A stretch of 64,000 nt of DNA from Candidatus Yanofskybacteria bacterium CG10_big_fil_rev_8_21_14_0_10_36_16 (GTDB lineage Bacteria; Patescibacteriota; Minisyncoccia; 2-02-FULL-40-12; IGHO2-01-FULL-4-A), in contig PCXQ01000007.1 of NCBI GenBank assembly GCA_002794035.1, positions 1,785-65,784 of the forward strand, read 5' to 3'. A model generated the notes under the pieces. That model saw only the letters and a list, made by a program, of their open reading frames with translations, ran no database searches and was not told where the DNA came from. Shown here piece by piece: positions 39,491 through 48,003 of the stretch. Position 1 is the first letter of the stretch. Every line of letters starts with the position of its first letter. A program made the translations under genes and the position numbers.

Positions 39491-40927
39491 GTGAAGGATT
39501 TAAATTTTTTATCACCAAAAAATAAAGGATCAAAACCAAACAATACCGCGACTAAAGTCGCTACCTTTTTGGCATTCTTTGCTATTGCTTTCTCTGCTTC
39601 CCTTACTTATGTAGCATCGGAAACAAAACCAATTCAATTAAATCTCAGCCACATTGAGTGTAATTATAATAATACTGATGGTATCAATGTTCACTTTGTG
39701 GCAATAAATTTACCGGATGATGTCAGTGATTTTGGACAAGTAACCTATATAGTTAATAGTGAAGGCCGTACTGCTGAATTTACTAAGCTTTCCGGCAATA
39801 CTGCACACTACAATGATTACTTACTAGAAGTTTCTGATACATATTCTGTAACCGATGGCTATGTTGTTATTGACGGACAAACCGTACAACTTCATAATCC
39901 TAAATCTATAAAGATAACTTGTGGTGAAAATCCTACCCCTACACCAACACCAGAACCTACTCCTACTGTAATCCCTACACCTACACCTACTCCTACTGTA
40001 ATCCCTACACCTACACCTACTAGCTGCTTTTTAGAAATCACCAAAACAGTTGATCAGGAAACATCGGTTCCTGGTCAAATATTGGAATATAAATTAAATT
40101 TTGAAAATACAGGAACAACCAACTGCACAGGTGGTGGAGTAGAAATAGAAGACACATTAGTGAATGAGTTAACTTTTGTTGACCAATCTCATTCTGAAAA
40201 TGTAACTTGGGTAGGTCAAAATGAACAAACCCTTCAATGGAATGCTGGCACTCTAACCCCCGGTGAAAAAGGATGGGTTCAGTTTGACGCTCAAGTTAAC
40301 ACACCTCAAAGCTGTGGCAATTATACAATTAATAACAAAGGCAAGATTACTGCATTTGAATTGTCTTGGCAGTGGGTACTAAGTAATAACGTAGAGATAA
40401 ATATCAACAACAACTGCCCTACTTCTACACCAACTCCTACTCCTACTGTAACCCCTACTTCTACACCTACACCAACTGTTACACCTACTCCTACTGTAAC
40501 CCCTACTTCTACACCTACACCAACTGTTACACCTACTCCTACTTCTACACCTACACCAACTGTTACACCTACTCCTACTTCTACACCTAGTGGTGGAGGT
40601 GGGGGTGGTGGGGGTTTCTTCCCTCAGCCTACTCCTACACCGACACCTACTGTAACTCCTACACCTACTCCCGTTGTTCTTGGTTCAAGTACAACTGAAA
40701 AACCTAAAACAGCAACATCTAGCACAGCAACATCAAATTTGGCACAAGTTGCTGGCGTAAGCACAGGAACCGATACAATTATTGTTTCGTGGATTATAGC
40801 ATTAGTGTTCTCAACGTTATTTGCTATATATAAAACAACAGAGCAATCAAACTTAAAAGAAATCCTTAAAATTATAAAAATTCAAAAAAAGGACAAAAAT
40901 AAATTTAATTTCGCTCTCCACAACTAA
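39491..40927 (+). CDS. Surface protein with DUF11-like domain, PT repeats and C-terminal sorting-signal-like tail
   Basis: LEITKTVD...PGQILEYKLNFENTG; PTPT repeats; VAGVSTG then TM helix then Lys-rich tail. Confidence 0.8.
   Translation: MKDLNFLSPKNKGSKPNNTATKVATFLAFFAIAFSASLTYVASETKPIQLNLSHIECNYNNTDGINVHFVAINLPDDVSDFGQVTYIVNSEGRTAEFTKLSGNTAHYNDYLLEVSDTYSVTDGYVVIDGQTVQLHNPKSIKITCGENPTPTPTPEPTPTVIPTPTPTPTVIPTPTPTSCFLEITKTVDQETSVPGQILEYKLNFENTGTTNCTGGGVEIEDTLVNELTFVDQSHSENVTWVGQNEQTLQWNAGTLTPGEKGWVQFDAQVNTPQSCGNYTINNKGKITAFELSWQWVLSNNVEININNNCPTSTPTPTPTVTPTSTPTPTVTPTPTVTPTSTPTPTVTPTPTSTPTPTVTPTPTSTPSGGGGGGGGFFPQPTPTPTPTVTPTPTPVVLGSSTTEKPKTATSSTATSNLAQVAGVSTGTDTIIVSWIIALVFSTLFAIYKTTEQSNLKEILKIIKIQKKDKNKFNFALHN
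40436..40531 (+). repeat. Exact 48-nt tandem duplication in PT linker
   Basis: CCTACTCCTACTGTAACCCCTACTTCTACACCTACACCAACTGTTACA x2; a 30-nt duplication also lies near 39956-40021. Confidence 0.8.
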
Positions 40928-40966
40928 AAAACCTTGCCTTCTTAATATGTGATAAAATGAAGGCAT

Positions 40967-41959
40967 ATGGTAATAAACAAAGATATGTTAATACGTGTTG
41001 AAAAACTATTTACACGCAAGTTAATTGTGTGGAACTTGGTCCTTTTTGCTCTTGTAAAATTTGTACTTTCTTACTCAGGACTCCAACTGGCTACAGTTCT
41101 AGAACACATAGAGCTTTTTGACTCAAGAGAAATCATAACTAAAACAAATATAGTCAGAGCAAATAATAATTTGCCGCCTTTAAATGCTAATGTTGAATTA
41201 GACTTAGCCGCATCAAAAAAACTTCAGGATATGATTTCAAATGGATATTTTGCTCACATAAGTCCTGAGGGTACGACACCTTGGTTCTGGATAAAAAATA
41301 GCGGTTACAAATACGTATACGCAGGCGAAAATCTTGCTATTGGGTTCACTGAGGCTGAAGCTACTGTTGAAGCATGGTTTGAATCCCCTTCCCACAGAGA
41401 AAACCTTTTAAACAGCAACTACGATGAGATTGGAGTTGCTGTAGGAAAGGTTGAAAACTTGGATGGATACTCAGGCATCTTGGTTGTTCAAATGTTTGGC
41501 AAAAGACCAATATTTGCAATTAACGAAGCCAATGCCTTTGAAACATCTAATAAGACCCCAAACACAGAAGGGACTACTGTACCAGAAATTACACCTAATT
41601 CGTTTGTTGCAGGCAGTCAGCCGGCAACAAATCCCAATACTTCAGCAATTACCCCAATAACAGATGACGAAGTGGTAATGCTTCAATACGTATCTACAGA
41701 TAAAAACTTAGGTGGGTCAGAGGAGCCGATTGAAATAACAACAAACGAAAATAATTTAAATATAAACTCCGTATCAAAGACTGTTAATAATGCTTATATT
41801 ATTTATGCCCTAATAATAGCCGCTATATCTATCCTATTCGTAACATTTGTTGAAAATAGTAAAAAACATGTTGCTGGAGCTACGTTTAATATAATTCTGT
41901 TTATAATAGCTACAACAATGCCTGTATTAGAAATAATAAGCAAGGGAGCAATATTCTAA
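40967..41959 (+). CDS. CAP (SCP) domain protein with C-terminal TM helices
   Basis: YFAHISP, AGENLA, WFESPSHRENLL, EIGVAV. Confidence 0.92.
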   Translation: MVINKDMLIRVEKLFTRKLIVWNLVLFALVKFVLSYSGLQLATVLEHIELFDSREIITKTNIVRANNNLPPLNANVELDLAASKKLQDMISNGYFAHISPEGTTPWFWIKNSGYKYVYAGENLAIGFTEAEATVEAWFESPSHRENLLNSNYDEIGVAVGKVENLDGYSGILVVQMFGKRPIFAINEANAFETSNKTPNTEGTTVPEITPNSFVAGSQPATNPNTSAITPITDDEVVMLQYVSTDKNLGGSEEPIEITTNENNLNINSVSKTVNNAYIIYALIIAAISILFVTFVENSKKHVAGATFNIILFIIATTMPVLEIISKGAIF

Positions 41960-41977
41960 AGATGACAGAATATAAAA

Positions 41978-42646
41978 ATGAAAAAAAATACCAAAACAAT
42001 TATTTATTCTCTTTTAATATTTTTAGTGGTTTTAACAGCACTAAATTTTAGGTTTGTATTCTCATATTTAAATTATCAATTCAATAAGCCCAATGATGAA
42101 GCTATAAATACTGCTGCTCATACAGTAAAATACGGCGCTTATTTATTACCTGTTGTTGAAGGACCAGAAAGAGCTGTCTCTATAGCAGTGAAATCATCTA
42201 ACACAATTAAAAGCGATATTTTACTTGAAATTCCTAGATTAAGAGTAAGTGCGCCAATAATAATAGAGCCGAGCACGAACACAGATACTATCTACAAAAG
42301 ACTTGAGAATGGAGTAGTTCACTATGCTTCAACACCTATGCCGGGAGAAGCCGGAACATCTATAATTCTAGGTCATAGCTCAGCTTATCCTTGGTATCGC
42401 GGTCAATACGGATCTGTGTTTGCCTTACTCAACCAGCTTAATGCAGGAGACGTTATACAAATTCAGAATGGTAACGAGATTTTAAATTACAAGGTTGCAG
42501 GTTCGTTGGTTTTCTCACCTTTCTCTGAAGACAATTTAAAATTAGCAGAATTTGAAAGCACAGACGGATCATCTCTTGTGCTATTATCTTGCTGGCCTGT
42601 TGGAACTAATTATAAAAGAATTGCTATTAAAGCCGACCTTATTTAA
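41978..42646 (+). CDS. Sortase
   Basis: N-terminal TM; ILGHSS, LLSCWPVGTNYKR (His/Cys/Arg triad). Confidence 0.9.
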   Translation: MKKNTKTIIYSLLIFLVVLTALNFRFVFSYLNYQFNKPNDEAINTAAHTVKYGAYLLPVVEGPERAVSIAVKSSNTIKSDILLEIPRLRVSAPIIIEPSTNTDTIYKRLENGVVHYASTPMPGEAGTSIILGHSSAYPWYRGQYGSVFALLNQLNAGDVIQIQNGNEILNYKVAGSLVFSPFSEDNLKLAEFESTDGSSLVLLSCWPVGTNYKRIAIKADLI

Positions 42647-42658
42647 AAACTATTTGAA

Positions 42659-42696
42659 ATAAAACAAACCCCGCCCAGGCGGGGTTTGTTTTATTT
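42659..42696. terminator. Bidirectional terminator
   Basis: ATAAAACAAACCCCGCC-CA-GGCGGGGTTTGTTTTAT. Confidence 0.75.
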
Positions 42697-42697
42697 A

Positions 42698-42894
42698 TGG
42701 TCCGCCCTGGTAGGCGGTTGAAATGAACTGCTTCATTTCAACCCCTGATTTTAGTGAGAATATCTGTCTCCAGACAGAGCGAGCGTTAAAAAATCAGGTA
42801 GAACATCTCCGCCGGAGGCGGAGCAGGTTCGATGCTTACGAAGAAAGCTTCATAAACTAAACGGCTCACCTAGGTGAGCCGTTTAGTTTATGTG
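42698..42894 (-). repeat. Hairpin-rich element bounded by duplicated tRNA-Lys 3' end
   Basis: GTCCGCCCTG(G)TAGG at 42700 and 42894; four hairpins between. Confidence 0.7.
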
Positions 42895-42967
42895 TCCGCC
42901 CTGTAGGATTCGAACCTACGACCCGCGGATTAAGAGTCCGTTGCTCTACCAGCTGAGCTAAGGGCGG
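42895..42967 (-). tRNA. tRNA-Lys(CTT)
   Basis: CCGCCCT/AGGGCGG acceptor; CGGA-CTCTTAA-TCCG anticodon arm. Confidence 0.93.
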
Positions 42968-43005
42968 ATATTACCGTATTATTATGCCTTAAAATTTATT
43001 GTTTT

Positions 43006-44196
43006 TCAAGATTTTAATACGTTTTTTAACTGCTTAATAAAATAATCAATATCTTCTTTTTTAGTAAATCGACCAAGGGTAATTCTTAGATTATCTCCTG
43101 TGCCTACTGACTCGCCCTTGGCTTGATTGTGATGAGAAGCTCGAATCCATCGAATAGCTTTTAACACATGAGAGGGGTCTGCTTGTCCTGAGTTTTCCGA
43201 ACGGATTTCAGTTGAAGTACATGCTGAACCAGTTGATACCTCAACTCCTTTTTGATCTAAAATCAAAACTAACATCTCCCCATCTTTACCAGCAAAAGAC
43301 ATATTTATATTATTAGGCAATCTTTCCTTTTGACTACCATTTAATTTGCTACTAGGTATTTCATTAATAATCTTATCTATTGTGTAATCTCTCAACTTCT
43401 TTAATCTATTATTTTCTTTTTCTTTTATACTATCAGTAATTTCAAGTGCCTTGGCAAAACCTGCAATTAAAGCAGTATTCTCCGTACCAGGTCTTAATCC
43501 TCTTTCTTGTGAACCCCCAAACATTATTGGTTGAATAGTTGTTCCTCGTCTTATATATAAGCACCCTGCTCCTTTTGGCCCATATATTTTAGAACCATTA
43601 AAAGACATCGAGTCGATTCCTAATTTTTGAACATTTAAATCTAAATATCCAACAGCCTGTGTAGCATCAGTATGAAAAATTATTTGTTTATTGAAATTTT
43701 TAATAATTTTAGCAATTTGCTGTATAGGTTGAATGGTGCCTATTTCATTATTGGCATACATTATAGAAACCAAGACGGTATTAGGATTAAGAGCTTTTTT
43801 TACATCTTCAGGGTTAATCAATCCGCCCTCATTAACATTTACACAGGTTATTTTAAAACCTTCTTGTTCAAGCTGTTTACAGGCGTTTAAAACTGCATGA
43901 TGCTCAATTTTTGTAGTTATTATATGCTTACCCTTTTTTTTATTTGCCCTAGCTGCGCCTAGGACAGCTAAATTGCACGATTCTGTTCCTGAACCTGTAA
44001 AAATAATTTCATCTGCCCCAGCATTTAAAATCTTGGCTATTTTTTCCCTTGAATTATTAATTATTTTTTTTGCCCCTTTTCCTGAAGCATATAAAGACGA
44101 AGCATTTCCAAATGCTTTTTCGTATTTATCCATTTCCCGTTTAACCCTAGGATCAAGCGGGGTGGCTGCTGCATTGTCTAAATAAATTCTTTTCAT
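43006..44196 (-). CDS. Cysteine desulfurase (IscS/NifS family)
   Basis: YLDNAAATP, FHTDATQ, KIYGPKG PLP lysine, STGSACTS catalytic Cys. Confidence 0.93.
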   Translation of the reverse strand: MKRIYLDNAAATPLDPRVKREMDKYEKAFGNASSLYASGKGAKKIINNSREKIAKILNAGADEIIFTGSGTESCNLAVLGAARANKKKGKHIITTKIEHHAVLNACKQLEQEGFKITCVNVNEGGLINPEDVKKALNPNTVLVSIMYANNEIGTIQPIQQIAKIIKNFNKQIIFHTDATQAVGYLDLNVQKLGIDSMSFNGSKIYGPKGAGCLYIRRGTTIQPIMFGGSQERGLRPGTENTALIAGFAKALEITDSIKEKENNRLKKLRDYTIDKIINEIPSSKLNGSQKERLPNNINMSFAGKDGEMLVLILDQKGVEVSTGSACTSTEIRSENSGQADPSHVLKAIRWIRASHHNQAKGESVGTGDNLRITLGRFTKKEDIDYFIKQLKNVLKS

Positions 44197-44262
44197 AAAA
44201 ACAGTTCGCTCTTCAGCGAACTTTATAATAACACAATTTTTTATTTTTGGATAGATCTAAAT

Positions 44263-44643
44263 TTATCTTTGGGGCCAAAAAACAATAGCCAGTAAACCAG
44301 CCATCAAGCCAATGTCTCTTATAATAACTTCGTTAAATCCAAAAAATATAGCCACAGTAACTAAAAACAAAATTGCAATAACTGATAAAATCCTCATAAA
44401 TACACCCGTTATCAATCCAAGACCAACAACAACTTCAAATATACCATTTAGATATATAAATTGAATATCAGAGATGTTTAAATTGCTTATAAAAGACAAA
44501 ACATTTATTGGAACCCAGGCATTGATCCAATATGTTGGGTGAAAAAATTTATGAATACCAAACCATAAAAAAACTGCGGCCAATCCAAGCCGTAGAATCC
44601 AAAAAGAATACCTATAATCTCTACTTGACATTGATAATATCAT
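44263..44643 (-). CDS. DoxX-family membrane protein
   Basis: LRLGLAAVFLWFG, GIFEVVVG, IRDIGL. Confidence 0.85.
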   Translation of the reverse strand: MILSMSSRDYRYSFWILRLGLAAVFLWFGIHKFFHPTYWINAWVPINVLSFISNLNISDIQFIYLNGIFEVVVGLGLITGVFMRILSVIAILFLVTVAIFFGFNEVIIRDIGLMAGLLAIVFWPQR

Positions 44644-44653
44644 ATGCTATAAT
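44625..44653 (+). promoter_or_regulatory. Consensus sigma70 promoter
   Basis: TTGACA-17 nt-TATAAT with extended TG; no downstream ORF. Confidence 0.8.
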
Positions 44654-44662
44654 ATAGTTATC

Positions 44663-44804
44663 TGGTGCTGGGCATGCGTGACTTAGGGCAGCTCACCCCA
44701 GGCCCCGCTTTGCGAAGGCCTGGGCGGTAAGATTATTATTATTTTATCATGATCTTACTTTGTCTTCAAGGAGGGTTTAACCCATAATCGCTTGCTTGGT
44801 ACCA
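44663..44804 (+). ncRNA. Candidate structured ncRNA (~140 nt, possibly 6S-like)
   Basis: Closing stem TGGTGCTGGGCA/TGCTTGGTACCA with G-U pairs, two inner hairpins, perfect promoter, terminator at 44818-44856. Confidence 0.65.
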
Positions 44805-44817
44805 TAAAAATATATTT

Positions 44818-44856
44818 AAAACATTAAAATCCCCTAATGGGGATTTTAATGTTTTT
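44818..44856. terminator. Bidirectional terminator between ncRNA and tig
   Basis: AAAACATTAAAATCCCC-TAAT-GGGGATTTTAATGTTTT. Confidence 0.75.
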
Positions 44857-44872
44857 TATCTTTTGTTTAAAT

Positions 44873-46156
44873 TTAAACAAACTCTGCTTTTTTCTCTAAA
44901 AACTGAAAAACTTTTTCGTTAAGAAGTGTGTCATGAATTCTATCTTTAAGTTTGTTTAGCTCATCTTCATTTTTAACACTTCCTCCTTGGCCCACAAATT
45001 GCTGAATGGCCAAATTGAATTCCTCCTCAACTTCTTCTGGTTTAACATCGATAGATTCTTGTTTTGCAATCTCTCTTGAAACTAAAGCCATTTTAACTTG
45101 TTTTAAAGCATTTTTGCGCCAATCATTTCTAAGCTCATCTTGTGTTTTTTTAATATGAGCAAGATACAAACTTAATTCCATTCCTTTCTGATGAAGTTCG
45201 TAATCAAAACCTTTCATCATTGAATCAAGCTGTTTTTCTACTAATACTTCGGGCGGTTCAACTTTGCTCTTTTCGGTTATTTGTTCAAGCATCTGAAGCC
45301 TAGTGCTGTCTTTTGCTTTCATTTCTTTTTCCATTTTAATACCCTGCTCAATGTTTTTCTTTAAATCAGCAAGGGAAGCAAACCCTCCTAGATCTTTAGC
45401 AAACTCATCATTAATTTCCGGCACAATCACATGGTCAACCTTCTTTACTTTTACATTACATTCTAACTCCTTGCCTGCAATTGGTTTATGTCCATAATCT
45501 ACCGGAACTTTTAATTTAAAGGTTTTCTCATCATCTTTTTTCATGCTTATTAGGTTATCCTCAAAGCCAGGCAAAAAAGCACCACTACCTATTACAACAG
45601 GGTGGTTCTCACTTTTACCACCCTCTATTGTTGTCCCGTCTAGTTTTATATCAAAATCAACCTCAACTCTATCCCCCTTCTTGGCTGATTCATTGCTTTC
45701 CTCAAGATTTGTTCTTGTTTTTTGAATTTCTTTAAGTGTATTTTCTAAATCTTCTGGATGTACGTCAGTGCTTGTCTTTTTAACTTTTACGCCACCATAG
45801 GAACCTAATTCAATTTTTGGAAAAACAGAAAACACAACTTCGTAAACTAATTTGTCTTCTGAGTTTTCTTTAATTTGAAGATCAGAATACTCGATAACAT
45901 CAAGTTTGTTTTCCCTTATCAAATCAACGGAGCTTTGTTTTAAAGCAAGATCAAGAGCTTCTTTTCTTATGGGTTCTTCCCCTAGTTGTTTTCGGGCAAC
46001 TTCTGTCGGCACCTTGCCTTTTCTAAATCCTTTTACTTCAATTTGGTTAGCGAGTCTCTTCTCAGCTTCACGCATATAAAAACCAAGGTCGTCTTTATTA
46101 AGTTCAACTATTAATTTAACTTGTGATTTTTTTAATTGTTCAATTTTTGAATCCAT
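44873..46156 (-). CDS. tig: Trigger factor
   Basis: KGFRKGKVP ribosome-binding motif; FLPGFEDNL FKBP domain; start set at MDSKIE. Confidence 0.95.
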   Translation of the reverse strand: MDSKIEQLKKSQVKLIVELNKDDLGFYMREAEKRLANQIEVKGFRKGKVPTEVARKQLGEEPIRKEALDLALKQSSVDLIRENKLDVIEYSDLQIKENSEDKLVYEVVFSVFPKIELGSYGGVKVKKTSTDVHPEDLENTLKEIQKTRTNLEESNESAKKGDRVEVDFDIKLDGTTIEGGKSENHPVVIGSGAFLPGFEDNLISMKKDDEKTFKLKVPVDYGHKPIAGKELECNVKVKKVDHVIVPEINDEFAKDLGGFASLADLKKNIEQGIKMEKEMKAKDSTRLQMLEQITEKSKVEPPEVLVEKQLDSMMKGFDYELHQKGMELSLYLAHIKKTQDELRNDWRKNALKQVKMALVSREIAKQESIDVKPEEVEEEFNLAIQQFVGQGGSVKNEDELNKLKDRIHDTLLNEKVFQFLEKKAEFV

Positions 46157-46255
46157 CAATGTGAGGTAGCTGAGATACCAGATCAATAATTAAGTTGCTG
46201 GTGCAAAACTACGAGTTAATTTCTATTTTATAGTCAGTTTATTTCCTTCAACTTC

Positions 46256-47635
46256 TTATTTGTCATTGTTTTTATTTTTTACACTTTCTTCAACTTCTTG
46301 ATACAAGCCTTCTTTTAATGAGGGCTCCAAATCCGCCGAAGATTTTTCCTCCTCTTTGTTTTCTGCTTTTTTTTCCGGACTGTTTTTTCCTTCCTCAACG
46401 ATTTTTTCAGCTTCTTCAGCTGTTATTTCTTCTTTAGGCGATCTTACATCAATTTTCCAACCAGTTAATTTAGCGGCCAATCTTACATTCTGACCTTTTT
46501 TACCTATAGCAAGAGAAAACTGATCATCAGATACCTCAACTAAAGCATGCTTACTCTCGTCATCTAGTATTTTTACACCCACAACCTTGGCTGGGGCCAA
46601 ACTATTGGCAATATATTTAACAGGGTCTTCTCTCCATTCTATAATGTCTATTTTCTCACCATTAAGTTCGTTTATAACAGTTTGGACCCTTACTCCTTTT
46701 TGACCAACCAATGAACCGATTGGATCAACATTCTCTTCATTTGATAAAACAGCAACTTTAGATCTTGAACCGGCTTCTCTAGCTACAGATTTTATTTCAA
46801 CATTTCCTGCTTCAATTTCAGGAACCTCAAATTCAAATAACTTTAATACCAATCTGGGGTGTGATCTTGAAAGAAATATTGAAGGTCCTCTATTTGTTTC
46901 TTCAACTCTTAAAACTAAAAACTTAAGTCTTTGGCCAATTCTGTAATTATCAGAAAACACCTGTTCAATAGCAGGTAAAATACCGTTTGTTTTTCCAAGA
47001 TCAACAAACACCGTTCTACCCTCAGTTCTTTGAACAACTCCGGAAACAACTTCACCTTCAAGATTTTTGAATTCCTTAAACACAACCTCTCTTTCTGCTT
47101 CACGCAATCTTTGTATAATAACCTGTTTTGCTGTTTGAGCTGCTATCCTGCCGAACTCAGTCTTTGTTTCAAGCTCTGTTACTACTTCATCGCCTATTTT
47201 TAATTTTTTGTCTGTTTTCTTTGCATCTTCAAGAGTTATATATTTTTCAGGATTAAATTTAATTCTTAAATCTTCTTCCTCTTCTTCTTCATTTTTACCA
47301 TCCTTATCTTCTTTTTTGTTTGAATCACTATCTTCTTCTTTTTTTACTTTTTCATTTTTGCTTTGTGGCTCTATGTTTTCATCAAACTTAGGCAATTCCC
47401 CAACAACATACCCTTCTTCATCAACTCCTTCAATAACTATTTTTACCTGCCAAACCTTAATACCACCAGTCTCCTGGTTAAGTTTTGCTTTTATGATCTG
47501 CCCCTTTTCTCCATAATCTTTTTTGTAAGCAGCAGCAATTGCGGCTTCTATTGTTTCAACAATTCTATCTTCAGAAATACCTTTTTCTTCAGCTATTTGC
47601 CTTATTGATGTAATAAATTCTTTTGTGTTTAACAT
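46256..47635 (-). CDS. nusA: Transcription termination factor NusA
   Basis: FGRIAAQTAKQ, AREAGSRSKVAV, LAIGKKGQNVRLAAKLTGWKID. Confidence 0.97.
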   Translation of the reverse strand: MLNTKEFITSIRQIAEEKGISEDRIVETIEAAIAAAYKKDYGEKGQIIKAKLNQETGGIKVWQVKIVIEGVDEEGYVVGELPKFDENIEPQSKNEKVKKEEDSDSNKKEDKDGKNEEEEEEDLRIKFNPEKYITLEDAKKTDKKLKIGDEVVTELETKTEFGRIAAQTAKQVIIQRLREAEREVVFKEFKNLEGEVVSGVVQRTEGRTVFVDLGKTNGILPAIEQVFSDNYRIGQRLKFLVLRVEETNRGPSIFLSRSHPRLVLKLFEFEVPEIEAGNVEIKSVAREAGSRSKVAVLSNEENVDPIGSLVGQKGVRVQTVINELNGEKIDIIEWREDPVKYIANSLAPAKVVGVKILDDESKHALVEVSDDQFSLAIGKKGQNVRLAAKLTGWKIDVRSPKEEITAEEAEKIVEEGKNSPEKKAENKEEEKSSADLEPSLKEGLYQEVEESVKNKNNDK

Positions 47636-48003
47636 AACTTTAGTTTACAACATTAACGCCTTAACAAAAACACACGCAAATTTTAAGATTAAAAATTTTT
47701 AAGTATTTTTAGTTTAAAACGTTAATATTTTTTTAATAAAACGGGTCGCTTTTTTAGCGACCTTGATATCATTCAACCTTAAATATAAGTATATTATTTT
47801 TTTAAAGGAGTGTCAATAGTTACAAAATTATTTGCCCACAAGTTATCCCCCGGTAGAGGTATTTACCCAATTATGTCAAAATGGTAAGTAACAGTTTGCC
47901 CCTGTTGAAAACAAATAACAATTTGAATGCTATAATTCAGTTATATGTTATGCGTTATATTTAATATCAAAAATATTACATATAATGCATAAAATACTTA
48001 ATA

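Noticed and set aside
39930-40670. Short-period repeats that might be a CRISPR array
   Set aside because: In-frame Pro-Thr coding repeats without unique spacers; no cas genes in the window.
46328-46346. AATCCGCCGAAGATT in the nusA 3' end as a possible in-frame palindromic repeat
   Set aside because: Too short and degenerate to support.
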